From Gemmatimonadota bacterium (GTDB lineage Bacteria > JAAXHH01), in contig VXMB01000009.1 in NCBI GenBank assembly GCA_009841265.1, positions 93,951 to 157,950 on the forward strand: a stretch of DNA of 64,000 nt. Direction: 5' to 3'. Under the pieces are notes generated by a model. That model searched no databases, was not told the DNA's origin, and saw only the letters and a program-made list of their open reading frames with translations. Position numbers and translations under genes: made by a program. Positions within the stretch are counted from its first letter, which is position 1; every line of letters begins with the position of its first letter. Below, piece by piece: positions 16,413 through 24,887 of the stretch.

Positions 16413-17678
16413 CTAAAGAACGGCCCGCGCGACCTTCCGGAACGCCCGGATCACGTCGTCCACGTCTTCATCGGTCAACTGGGCGGGCAGCGGCAGGATG
16501 CGCGCCTGGTCGAGCAGATCGTCGCTGCGCGGCAGCATGCCCGCGCGGTATTCCATCGGGCTTTCGGCGTTGAATGGGCAGGTCCAGGGGCATCCAGCGG
16601 TCGTCACCGGCGCCTTGTTCAGAAGGTTGGACATGTACCGGTACTGGTGAATGCCGCCGTGGGGCTCGCCGGCCGGGATGCCTTCCGCCCGTATCGCCGC
16701 GGTGAACCGGGCCGCCGCTTCCGCCGAGTCGTGGATCCAGGAGAAATAGGCGCCGCTGTCGCCCTCGGGGTCCACGATGCGACGAAGCTGGATGCCCGGC
16801 GTCTTTCCGAGGGTCTCCCGCAGCCTGACCTGGTGGCGTTGCATGCCCTCAATGATGGAAGGCAGTTTCTCCAACTGTACCAGGCCGACCGCACCGCGGA
16901 GTTCGTCCATGCGGACGCCCATGCCGAAGGTCTCGAACGCTGAGTCCTCCCCGGTCGACACCCCTTCGAGATCCCGCTCGAATCCCGTGTCGTGGAAGCA
17001 AACCGCCCGGCGGAAGACCTCGTCGTCGTCCGTCGTGATCATCCCGCCTTCGCCGGTGGTGAAGTTCTTGTTGTACTGGAGGCTGGTCGCACCCGCCGTG
17101 CCCATGGATCCCACGGGCCGCCCTCCGATGCGCGCGCCCGCGGCCTGGGAGCAGTCCTCGAGTACCGGGATCCCATGCCGGTCCGCCACCTCCAGGATGG
17201 CGGGCATATCGGCGGCCGTTCCGGCCATGTGTACGGCGATGATGACCCGCGTGCGGGGCGTGATGCGACGTTCGATGTCGCCGGGGTCCAGGTTCAGCGT
17301 TTCGTCGATGTCGGCGAGGACCGGCACGGCACGCAGATGCACGACCGCGTTGACGTCGGCGATCCACATGAAGGCCGGCATGATGACTTCCGTGCCCGGA
17401 CCCGCGTCGAGGGCGGCCAAGGCTACGGAAAGCGCCGTGCTCCCGCTGTGGGTGGCGAGGGCGAAACGCGTGCCGACGTACCGGGCATAGGCCGCTTCGA
17501 ACCGGTCGACCTTGCCGAGGGGCTCGATGCCGTAGTATCGGAAGGGCGAACGGGCTTCGATGACCTCGATGGCGGCCTGTTTTTCCTCTTCCCCGTATAC
17601 CGCACCACCGGGTATCAGCGGAGGCCAGTTTTCCGTGCGGACAGGAGTTCCGCCGTCGATTGCCAGGGATTCCGCCAT
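16413..17678 (-). CDS. DegT/DnrJ/EryC1/StrS-family PLP-dependent aminotransferase, 421 aa
   Basis: 'GIPVLEDCSQAAGA' and 'GSTALSVAL' motifs of sugar-aminotransferase-like enzymes. Confidence 0.75.
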   Translation of the reverse strand: MAESLAIDGGTPVRTENWPPLIPGGAVYGEEEKQAAIEVIEARSPFRYYGIEPLGKVDRFEAAYARYVGTRFALATHSGSTALSVALAALDAGPGTEVIMPAFMWIADVNAVVHLRAVPVLADIDETLNLDPGDIERRITPRTRVIIAVHMAGTAADMPAILEVADRHGIPVLEDCSQAAGARIGGRPVGSMGTAGATSLQYNKNFTTGEGGMITTDDDEVFRRAVCFHDTGFERDLEGVSTGEDSAFETFGMGVRMDELRGAVGLVQLEKLPSIIEGMQRHQVRLRETLGKTPGIQLRRIVDPEGDSGAYFSWIHDSAEAAARFTAAIRAEGIPAGEPHGGIHQYRYMSNLLNKAPVTTAGCPWTCPFNAESPMEYRAGMLPRSDDLLDQARILPLPAQLTDEDVDDVIRAFRKVARAVL

Positions 17679-17852
17679 GGTCGTCCTGATTCAACGATCG
17701 AGCTTACATCGTAGTATGCGGAATGGTTGGAATGAGATGCAGGACTATAACACGCCACGCCGCCCTGTTCAAGTATAATTTACCGCCGTTCGAGGCAGAC
17801 TCCGAGGGCGGATAATGGTTAAATCTTGCGGCCGGCCAGCCATCCCTGCTCG

Positions 17853-19328
17853 TCAACCGTCCCTACTGATCAACCGGTCCGCCACGTCCAGCAGCCGATC
17901 CTTCCAGGCGACCCGGTCGAGCCAGTCGTCGGGGATGCCGCCAAGACCGTACAGCGCTCCGGCGAGCTGTCCCGTCACCGCGGCAACCGTGTCGGCGTCG
18001 TCGGCCAGGTTGGCTGCGAGCAGCACGGCGCCCCGGAAATCAGAGGTGCGTGCCACCGACCACAGGGCGGCTTCCATCGTGCTGGCGACGTAACCGCTCG
18101 AGCTGATCTCTTCCCGGGGTTTTCCCCGCCAGCTTCCGGCCAGGATTCGTGAGATCTCCGGTGACCCGTCGAAAGGCCTCGGCGCGAGAAGGTCCGCCCT
18201 CGCCCTTCCCGATATGGCATCCGCCAGCAGTGCCGCGAAGCCCCGGCAGGCATCTACCGCGGTTTCGGCCCCGTGCGTCGTCCGGGACTGTTCCGCCGCC
18301 GTAGCGTCGAGCAGTGCGCGGTCGTCCCAGTAGCGCAGCGCGACGGGAGAGAGCCGCATCAGCGAGCCGTTTCCCGCGGAGTGCGGGTCGGTGGAACCGG
18401 AAAGCGGATCGCCGGTACGCTCATATCGGGTGAGGGCCGCGCGGGTGGTATTCCCAATGTCGAAGCAATGGCCGGTACAGGAGTATTCGCCCTTTCTCAT
18501 CCAACGGACGAACCGGTCCATCAGGTCCCGGCAGTCGAGTGCCCCGCAGTCGGCGAGGCTTTCGGCCAGGGCCAGCGCCATCGTGGTGTCGTCGGTCCAT
18601 TCGCCCGCGGCCAGACTGAAGGGACCGCCGCCCACCATGTCTTCCACACGCTGCGCGTCGCGGGATTTGAACTCGAGCGTCGTGCCGACCGCGTCCCCTA
18701 CTGCGAGACCCAGGAAGGCGCCGATCGCGCGGTCCCGGATGCTCTCCGCGGTCGTGGAGGGCAGTGCCGGGTCCATCGCCTCGCACTGGTGCACGTGGCG
18801 CTCCTGTTCACGTGTTTCCAGGGCGTTTATGGAACGGGCCTCTCGAACGCGCCGTATTGCTACGTCGGGTCGTTCGCCGAACTCCACGAGCAACCGCGCG
18901 GCGACGGTCCCAGCGCGGCCCAGGCCGCCTTTGCAGTGGACGAGCACGTCGAAACCGAGCCGCAGCCGGTCCCTGATGGATGCTCCCGCATGTACCCAGG
19001 CCTTTTCGAATTCCGGTCCGGGCGGCTGCCCGTCCGGTATAGGCAGGTGCCACCACTCCATGTGCCGGTCCGCGACCACCCTGGAGAGGTCCTGAACCTC
19101 CAGGTCCCGGACTTCTTCCCTGGTAATCAGGCTGACGACTGCTGTCGCGCCCCACCTGCTGATCCGGTCAAGGTCCAGGTCCAGGTCGCGGTCCCAGTTC
19201 CCCGCGAGGCCCCAGGGGTACTTCTTGCCGGGGCACAGGGTGACGCCGATGCGGCCGTAGCCGTCCTTCGGACGTATAGGGTCGACGCGGATCGGGTGGG
19301 TCCGGCTTGTTTTTATTACATTGGACAT
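17853..19328 (-). CDS. Fusion of a dual-specificity / tyrosine-phosphatase-like domain with an ADP-ribosylglycohydrolase (ARH/DraG) domain, 491 aa
   Basis: N-terminal CX5R phosphatase P-loop 'VLVHCKGGLGRAGTVAA'. C-terminal ARH motifs 'LGLAVGDAVGTTLEF', 'EWTDDTTMALALAESL', 'SAGNGSLMRLSPVAL'. Confidence 0.7.
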   Translation of the reverse strand: MSNVIKTSRTHPIRVDPIRPKDGYGRIGVTLCPGKKYPWGLAGNWDRDLDLDLDRISRWGATAVVSLITREEVRDLEVQDLSRVVADRHMEWWHLPIPDGQPPGPEFEKAWVHAGASIRDRLRLGFDVLVHCKGGLGRAGTVAARLLVEFGERPDVAIRRVREARSINALETREQERHVHQCEAMDPALPSTTAESIRDRAIGAFLGLAVGDAVGTTLEFKSRDAQRVEDMVGGGPFSLAAGEWTDDTTMALALAESLADCGALDCRDLMDRFVRWMRKGEYSCTGHCFDIGNTTRAALTRYERTGDPLSGSTDPHSAGNGSLMRLSPVALRYWDDRALLDATAAEQSRTTHGAETAVDACRGFAALLADAISGRARADLLAPRPFDGSPEISRILAGSWRGKPREEISSSGYVASTMEAALWSVARTSDFRGAVLLAANLADDADTVAAVTGQLAGALYGLGGIPDDWLDRVAWKDRLLDVADRLISRDG

Positions 19329-19483
19329 GCACCGCTTTCCTTTCGGTAATCATCGTGAAGGCACCGTATTACCATCGTCCCGACGATAACCCGGCGTACT
19401 TTCGACCGCAAGAAGTATCAGTGTTTCTTGTGCTGTTTGCAAACGTATCCATCCACGGCACTGGCGCCCGCGCAACGTTTCCC

Positions 19484-19512
19484 TTGACAGTCGCATTCAG
19501 CGTTCCTATTTT
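19484..19512 (+). promoter_or_regulatory. Sigma70-type promoter for tRNA-Ala
   Basis: TTGACA (19484-19489), 17-bp spacer, TATTTT (19507-19512), 12 nt upstream of the tRNA 5' end. Confidence 0.5.
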
Positions 19513-19523
19513 GTGCGGCGTCA

Positions 19524-19596
19524 GGGGCTGTAGCTCAGCTGGGAGAGCGCATGAATGGCATTCATGAGGTCAGCGGTTCGATCCCGCTCAGCTCCA
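19524..19596 (+). tRNA. tRNA-Ala (anticodon GGC), 73 nt, no encoded CCA
   Basis: Hand-folded cloverleaf. Acceptor stem GGGGCTG/CAGCTCC with the G3:U70 Ala identity pair; D-arm GCTC-AGCTGGGA-GAGC; anticodon arm CATGA-ATGGCAT-TCATG; T-arm AGCGG-TTCGATC-CCGCT; discriminator A. Confidence 0.9.
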
Positions 19597-19748
19597 CTGC
19601 CTGCTGGTGGCGACCTCATCCTTAAGTGGCGGTCCCTGGTGGATTGATCGAGGTCCCGGCCAGCTTGGCCAGTTTGGTCAGCTTGGCCAGCGCATCGATT
19701 TGAAGTGATTCATCAAACACAGTCGGTTATTCGTATACAGCGCGCACT

Positions 19749-21608
19749 ATGCTCAGCACCATCTGCACAGTTAATCGCAGTATACCGACCAGCAGTTTAT
19801 ACACCCTGGGCCGGCTGACGATCTGCCTGTTTTTACTGCTCGCGTCTCCCGTATTGCTCCATGCGGCCCCCATTGACGCCGAGGATACTCCGACCGACGC
19901 TGCTTCGATTTCAGCGTCGGTTTTAATTTATGCGCCGTTCCAGTTCCCGGATACGAGCGCGACCACGGCCACTGCCACGGCGAATGCCCCGGCCAACACC
20001 AACACCCCGGCCATTGAAGGCGATCTGGGGATCACCATTGATTCGGCGGAGGAGGATAAGGGCCTCGCATCCGGTTCCGCCGTCCCGGACGCGGTTTCTG
20101 TAGCGGACACCGACCTCGAAGAACAGTCCGGCACCGCCGGTTTTTCTCTGCTCGTCCCCTACCTGGATGAATTCGACCGCGTCGAGGCCCCCGAACCTCC
20201 GTGGCCGGATTTCGGCCGTTTCGACGTTCCAATCAGCTACAACGACCGGGTGAAAAAGGCGATCCACGTCCTGCGGGGCGAAGCTTCCGGCGTTTTTGCC
20301 GGATGGCTGGGCCGGACCAACCGCTACCGGGCCATGATCCAGTCGATACTCTCCAGGTCCGGACTGCCCGGCGACCTGGTCTACGTCGCCATGGTCGAAA
20401 GCGGTTTCGATCCCCGGGCTCGCTCCCGGGATGGCGGCGCGGGCCTGTGGCAACTTTCTCCGGCGGACGCGGAACGTTACGGACTGACCCGGAACGATGA
20501 GATCGACGAGCGTTACGATCCGGAGAAGTCCACACGCGCGGCGGCGGCGAGGTTCAAGGACCTCTACCTGCGGTTGGGCAGTTGGGACCTCGTTCTGGCG
20601 GCCCATCATGCCGGGTCAGAACCCGTGCAGCGGGCGGGGAACCTGAGTCTCTGGAACATGAGACTGCCCGGCCGATCGATCCCCTTCGTCGCCTTCGTCA
20701 TGGCATCGGCCATTATCTCCAAGTCGCCTGAAGTATACGGATTCGAACCCCTGGGCGGCCTGCCGGTGATCCACGAGTCCGTCCCGGTGCAGCGCGCCAT
20801 GGTACTGGAAGAAGTGGCCGAGGGCATGAAAGTCCAGGTCGAGAAGCTGCGTGAACTGAATCCGGAATTGCGGCGCTGGAAGGCCGTGCCGGGGTTCGAT
20901 CTCAACGTGCCGCTGGGTACCAAGCGTGCCTACGCCGCGTGGGCCGGTATCGAACCGCCCGGACCCGATCCTTCCGAAATGACGTTTTACCGGGTCCGGC
21001 GAGGAGACACGCTGGGGCGAATTTCCCGCCGGTTCGGCGTGCGCACAGGGGATATCATCACCGAGAACAACATACGCCGACCGAACCGGTTGAGGATCGG
21101 CCAGGTGCTCGCCATACCGCTTTTCGGGTCATCGATCCGTTCGTCGAATCAATCCATTGCCAACCGAAGGCCCCGGGACGTGCCGCCGCCCGATCTCGCG
21201 ACCCATCAGGTCATCTCCTACCGGATCAGGCGCGGCGATACGCTGGCGCGCATCAGCAGGAGATACGGCGTCTCCATGGCCAACCTGCAGGACTGGAACA
21301 AGCTGAACAACCCGGGAGATATCATCGCGGGCCGCAGCCTGACCATCTACGTTCCGCGTCCGAGCAGCACCGCGAGCGACGGTTCGACGCCGACCGGAAC
21401 GCCCGGGACGGGAGGATCGAACCGCGGTGAGGGCGGAGCGGTGGCATCCGGTGCCATCATCTACACCGTAAAACCGGGCGACACCCTCTGGGATATCGCA
21501 CGGGCCCACAATGTGACGGTGAGCGCCCTGCGCAGGACGAACGGATTGGGCACCCGCGCCGCTATACATCCCGGAGACCGGCTCCGCATCAACCCTTCCG
21601 ACTCTTAA
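19749..21608 (+). CDS. mltD: MltD-like membrane-bound lytic murein transglycosylase with three LysM domains, 619 aa
   Basis: Signal peptide; soluble lytic transglycosylase (SLT) catalytic region 'VAMVESGFDPRARSRDGGAGLWQL'; three LysM-like repeats ('YRVRRGDTLGRISRRFGV', 'YRIRRGDTLARISRRYGV', 'YTVKPGDTLWDIARAHNV'). Confidence 0.8.
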   Translation: MLSTICTVNRSIPTSSLYTLGRLTICLFLLLASPVLLHAAPIDAEDTPTDAASISASVLIYAPFQFPDTSATTATATANAPANTNTPAIEGDLGITIDSAEEDKGLASGSAVPDAVSVADTDLEEQSGTAGFSLLVPYLDEFDRVEAPEPPWPDFGRFDVPISYNDRVKKAIHVLRGEASGVFAGWLGRTNRYRAMIQSILSRSGLPGDLVYVAMVESGFDPRARSRDGGAGLWQLSPADAERYGLTRNDEIDERYDPEKSTRAAAARFKDLYLRLGSWDLVLAAHHAGSEPVQRAGNLSLWNMRLPGRSIPFVAFVMASAIISKSPEVYGFEPLGGLPVIHESVPVQRAMVLEEVAEGMKVQVEKLRELNPELRRWKAVPGFDLNVPLGTKRAYAAWAGIEPPGPDPSEMTFYRVRRGDTLGRISRRFGVRTGDIITENNIRRPNRLRIGQVLAIPLFGSSIRSSNQSIANRRPRDVPPPDLATHQVISYRIRRGDTLARISRRYGVSMANLQDWNKLNNPGDIIAGRSLTIYVPRPSSTASDGSTPTGTPGTGGSNRGEGGAVASGAIIYTVKPGDTLWDIARAHNVTVSALRRTNGLGTRAAIHPGDRLRINPSDS

Positions 21609-21614
21609 AAGTCA

Positions 21615-21643
21615 TTGACATTCTTAAACTAACGTGATATTTT
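21615..21643 (+). promoter_or_regulatory. Sigma70-type promoter upstream of sppA
   Basis: TTGACA (21615-21620), 17-bp spacer, TATTTT (21638-21643). Confidence 0.4.
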
Positions 21644-21722
21644 GGTCACGGATATTCAGGTCCGGAGACGGTCCGGTATTGAACCCGAATTCAAACGTGA
21701 CGCGGGATAGCGGAGCGTTGCC

Positions 21723-22601
21723 ATGGCGCGAAAATCTGACTGGATTATCGGTGGCCTGCTCGGTGGCGGGGTACTGGTTATCGCTATCGTCATGCTGCTG
21801 CTTATTGCCGGTCCCATGCTGAGCAGCGACAGTTCTCTTTCCGGCATGGGCGGCGGCCGGGTCGCGCTGGTCGAAGTCCGGGGTGCGATCACCCGGGGCG
21901 ATGACACGGTCAGGCAGATCGTCAAGCACCGCGAGGACGATTCCGTACGGGCTATCGTGGTGCGTATCGACAGTCCCGGCGGCGCCGTAGCCCCGACGCA
22001 GGAGATCTTCGACGAGTTGCGCAAGACCCGGGAAGCGGGCAAGATCATCGTGGCTTCCATGGGCAGCGTGGCGGCATCGGGCGGGTACTACATCGCCTGC
22101 GCGGCCGATTCCATCGTGGCCAACCCCGGCACCATCACGGGTAGCATCGGCGTGATCACCGTCGCACCGAGTGCGGAGGATCTGCTCGAAAAGATCGGTA
22201 TCGACTGGCAGGTCGTCAAAAGCGGCCGGCACAAGGACATAGGTTCACCGAGCCGCAGCATGACCGACGAGGAAATGGGGATCGTCCAGTCCGTCGTCGA
22301 CGACGTATACTACCAGTTTGTCGGCGCGGTAGCCAGCTACCGGCCGCTTTCCCTCGAAGAGGTGGTCGAGCGGGCGGACGGACGGATCTACACCGGAAAC
22401 CAGGCGCTGCCCCTGGGTCTCGTGGACCGCCTGGGGACCTACCAGGACGCGATCGCCCTGGCCGGCAGGATGGCCGGCCTTTCGGAAAAGCCCAACGTAG
22501 TCCGTCAGCGGCCGAAGACGTTTTTCGAGATGCTGATGGATAACATGGAGATGATGACCGGTCTGTATTCACCGGGCGTCGTCGAATACCGGTATCGATA
22601 A
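21723..22601 (+). CDS. sppA: Signal peptide peptidase SppA (36K type, S49 family), 292 aa
   Basis: N-terminal transmembrane segment; 'VVRIDSPGG' and 'SMGSVAASGGYYIACAAD' catalytic Ser region. Confidence 0.8.
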   Translation: MARKSDWIIGGLLGGGVLVIAIVMLLLIAGPMLSSDSSLSGMGGGRVALVEVRGAITRGDDTVRQIVKHREDDSVRAIVVRIDSPGGAVAPTQEIFDELRKTREAGKIIVASMGSVAASGGYYIACAADSIVANPGTITGSIGVITVAPSAEDLLEKIGIDWQVVKSGRHKDIGSPSRSMTDEEMGIVQSVVDDVYYQFVGAVASYRPLSLEEVVERADGRIYTGNQALPLGLVDRLGTYQDAIALAGRMAGLSEKPNVVRQRPKTFFEMLMDNMEMMTGLYSPGVVEYRYR

Positions 22602-22632
22602 TGCGGCAACATCTACGATCAAGGAGATTGGT

Positions 22633-22914
22633 ATGACTAAGGCCGATATCGTGGCTCGCATCGCACAATCCACCGGGATGACCAAGGTGGACACCGCGGA
22701 AGTGCTGAACGCGTTGCTGGATTCGATCTCATCCGCGCTGGGAAGGGGCGAGAAGATCGAACTGCGTGGATTCGGCATTTTCAAGGTGAAGGAAAGAAAG
22801 GCGCGCGTCGCCCGCAATCCGAAAACCGGTACGGGGATCCGGATTCCACCGTGCGTGGTGCCGGTTTTCAAACCGTCAGACCATCTGAAAAACCGAGTAC
22901 AGAAGGAAAACTAA
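22633..22914 (+). CDS. HU/IHF-family nucleoid-associated DNA-binding protein, 93 aa
   Basis: 'MTKADIVARIAQSTGMTKVD...' and the beta-arm 'GFGIFKVKERKARVARNPKTG'. Confidence 0.85.
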   Translation: MTKADIVARIAQSTGMTKVDTAEVLNALLDSISSALGRGEKIELRGFGIFKVKERKARVARNPKTGTGIRIPPCVVPVFKPSDHLKNRVQKEN

Positions 22915-22920
22915 CCCAAG

Positions 22921-23010
22921 GGAGACAGACGTGCCGAGTGGTAAGAAACGCAAGCGGTCGAAGATCGCTACCCATAAGCGCAAGAAGCGCTTGCGGGCCG
23001 ACAGGCATAA
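22921..23010 (+). CDS. 29-aa highly basic peptide (GTG start), possibly a bTHX-like ribosomal protein
   Basis: Strong Shine-Dalgarno 'AAGGGAG' 7 nt upstream of the GTG. Sequence VPSGKKRKRSKIATHKRKKRLRADRHKKK. Below the ORF-track size cutoff. Confidence 0.45.
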
Positions 23011-23126
23011 GAAGAAGTAAGATCGGCGGTCAACCGGCGGCCAGACGGTTGCCTTCGAGCCTTTGAAAGCAGCGGGTGTCCTCCTCGGGACGCTCCGCCG
23101 GTCCTGCGCCGTCCTGCCCCGAAGTC

Positions 23127-24887
23127 CTACCTCGCACCGGAAAAATCCTCGCCGATGTAGAGATCCGTGAAGATCACGGTCTTGCCGCCGAATCGGTTGG
23201 TTTTGAGTCCCCTGAGCCACGGCTTGAAGAGGTGGTTCGCCATGGGATGGAAGACGAAGGCGGCCCCCGCCTCCTCGACCAGAGTGCGTTCGGCCCGGCG
23301 GATGATTTCCGTCCGCCGTTCAGGATCCAGTTCCTGGTCCGCCGCGTCCAGCAACGCCTCGAATTCCGTGTGTTCGAAATCGTGGCGGCTGCGCCCGCGT
23401 GTTCCGGGGCGCCAGATCATGTCCAGCATGTTCTTGGGATCCCGGTAGTCCCCGAAGAAAGGTACCATCCCCAGGTCGATGTTCCAGTTGAACATGTAGT
23501 TGGTGAATACCGGGTAATCGGCGCTGCGGAACGTGATGCCGATGCCCAGGTGTTCCCGCAGCATGCCCTGGATCACCTCGGCGACCATCCGGATATCGGG
23601 TCTCGGCTGTCTCAGCCACATTCCCATCACCGGGAACCCGCGGCCACCGGGATAACCGGCCTCTGCCAGCAACTTCCGCGCCTTTTCCGGATCGAAATCC
23701 TGGTAGGTTTTGTAGTCGTCGTGGGCGTCGAAGGTGACCGGCAGCATGGAATAGGCGGGAACGGCGGCGCCGTGCAGGACTACGCGGCAGATCGTTTCCC
23801 GGTCGATGGCCCGGGCGATGGCACGCCGGACCCGGGCATCGTCAAAGGGCGGTTTCCGTGTATTGAAGAAGATGTACCATGTGCCGTCGGTCGGGTTGGA
23901 AACGAGTTCCGAGCTCAGATCGGGATCGCGCTGCACACGGATCAACTCGTTGGCCTGTACCTCGGCGAATCCCACCTCGTCGTTTTCGTAGGGGAGCAGG
24001 TTGGCCGTGGACGGATGGCGGAAGACGCGGTGGATCTTCTCCACATAACCCTTGATGGGGCCATCGTAATAAGGATCGAGCTCGAAATTCATGTGGCTGC
24101 CGTGCTTCCATTCCGTCAGCCTGTAGCTCGAATTGGTCACGCAGTTCCCTTCTTCGGTCCACCGGGGTCCGTGCTTCTCCACCTGCCACCTGGGCACCGG
24201 CATGGATGTGGGGACGGAGAGAATGAGTCCCAGGTACGGCGCCGGATGGGTGGTTTCGAAGGTCAGCGTATGGTCGTCGACGGCCCGGACGCCCAGCATT
24301 TCCGGGTCGGCGTTCGCGGTCTGGCTGTAGGCCGTCGCACCCACGATGTCGCTGTAGAACGCGGCGTATGGATTGGCCGTCTCGTAGGAAAGGGACCTGC
24401 GGAACGTATAGACGAAGTCGTGGGCGGTGACGGGTCTGCCGTCGCTCCACCTCCCCGTTTCGCGCAGATAGAAGGTCCAGGTCTTGCCGTCGGGAGAGAC
24501 CTCCCAGCGATCGGCCGCCGCCGGGATGAGATCGCCGTTCTCGTCCTTGGCGACCAGGGTCTCGAAGAGGAACTCGTTCCACTGCCCCACGTAGAGGTTG
24601 ACGCTGACGTCCAGGCTGCGCGGCTCGTCCCGCATGAACCGGTAGGTCTGGAACTCCAGCGGCGCCGCATCGGGCGGCATCTGCTTGCCGATGGTGTTGA
24701 AGACGGGGTCGGTGTCCTGCGGGGTAAGCGGGATGGCTTCGGCCAGAAGCATGCCTGCGCATGCCAGCAGGGAGGCTGCCAGGATGGCCGGGTAACGCCG
24801 GCCCGCCGATCTTCCCGTCGATCTTTCGGCCGATCCTCTGGTCGATCCACCCGCCAGTCCTCGGGTCGGCCGCAGTTTCGATTTCAT
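23127..24887 (-). CDS. ABC transporter substrate-binding protein, family 5 (peptide/oligosaccharide-binding, OppA/DppA-like); start placed at MKSKLRP
   Basis: Signal peptide 'ILAASLLACAGMLLA'; length and composition typical of family-5 substrate-binding proteins. The 4-nt overlap with the upstream gene supports the shorter start. Confidence 0.7.
   Translation of the reverse strand: MKSKLRPTRGLAGGSTRGSAERSTGRSAGRRYPAILAASLLACAGMLLAEAIPLTPQDTDPVFNTIGKQMPPDAAPLEFQTYRFMRDEPRSLDVSVNLYVGQWNEFLFETLVAKDENGDLIPAAADRWEVSPDGKTWTFYLRETGRWSDGRPVTAHDFVYTFRRSLSYETANPYAAFYSDIVGATAYSQTANADPEMLGVRAVDDHTLTFETTHPAPYLGLILSVPTSMPVPRWQVEKHGPRWTEEGNCVTNSSYRLTEWKHGSHMNFELDPYYDGPIKGYVEKIHRVFRHPSTANLLPYENDEVGFAEVQANELIRVQRDPDLSSELVSNPTDGTWYIFFNTRKPPFDDARVRRAIARAIDRETICRVVLHGAAVPAYSMLPVTFDAHDDYKTYQDFDPEKARKLLAEAGYPGGRGFPVMGMWLRQPRPDIRMVAEVIQGMLREHLGIGITFRSADYPVFTNYMFNWNIDLGMVPFFGDYRDPKNMLDMIWRPGTRGRSRHDFEHTEFEALLDAADQELDPERRTEIIRRAERTLVEEAGAAFVFHPMANHLFKPWLRGLKTNRFGGKTVIFTDLYIGEDFSGAR

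Noticed and set aside
15067-19349. Plus-strand ORFs antisense to the PLP-enzyme cluster and the phosphatase::ARH gene (e.g. 15067-15831, 16992-17714, 18273-19349, 18391-19095), and the second minus-strand frame at 15143-16360
   Set aside because: High-GC shadow ORFs; the annotated frames carry the PLP/ARH motifs.
21644-21722. 'ggtccgg agac ggtccgg' repeat in the sppA 5' UTR as a possible operator or riboswitch
   Set aside because: Only a 7-bp direct repeat with a short palindromic core; too little for a structured element.
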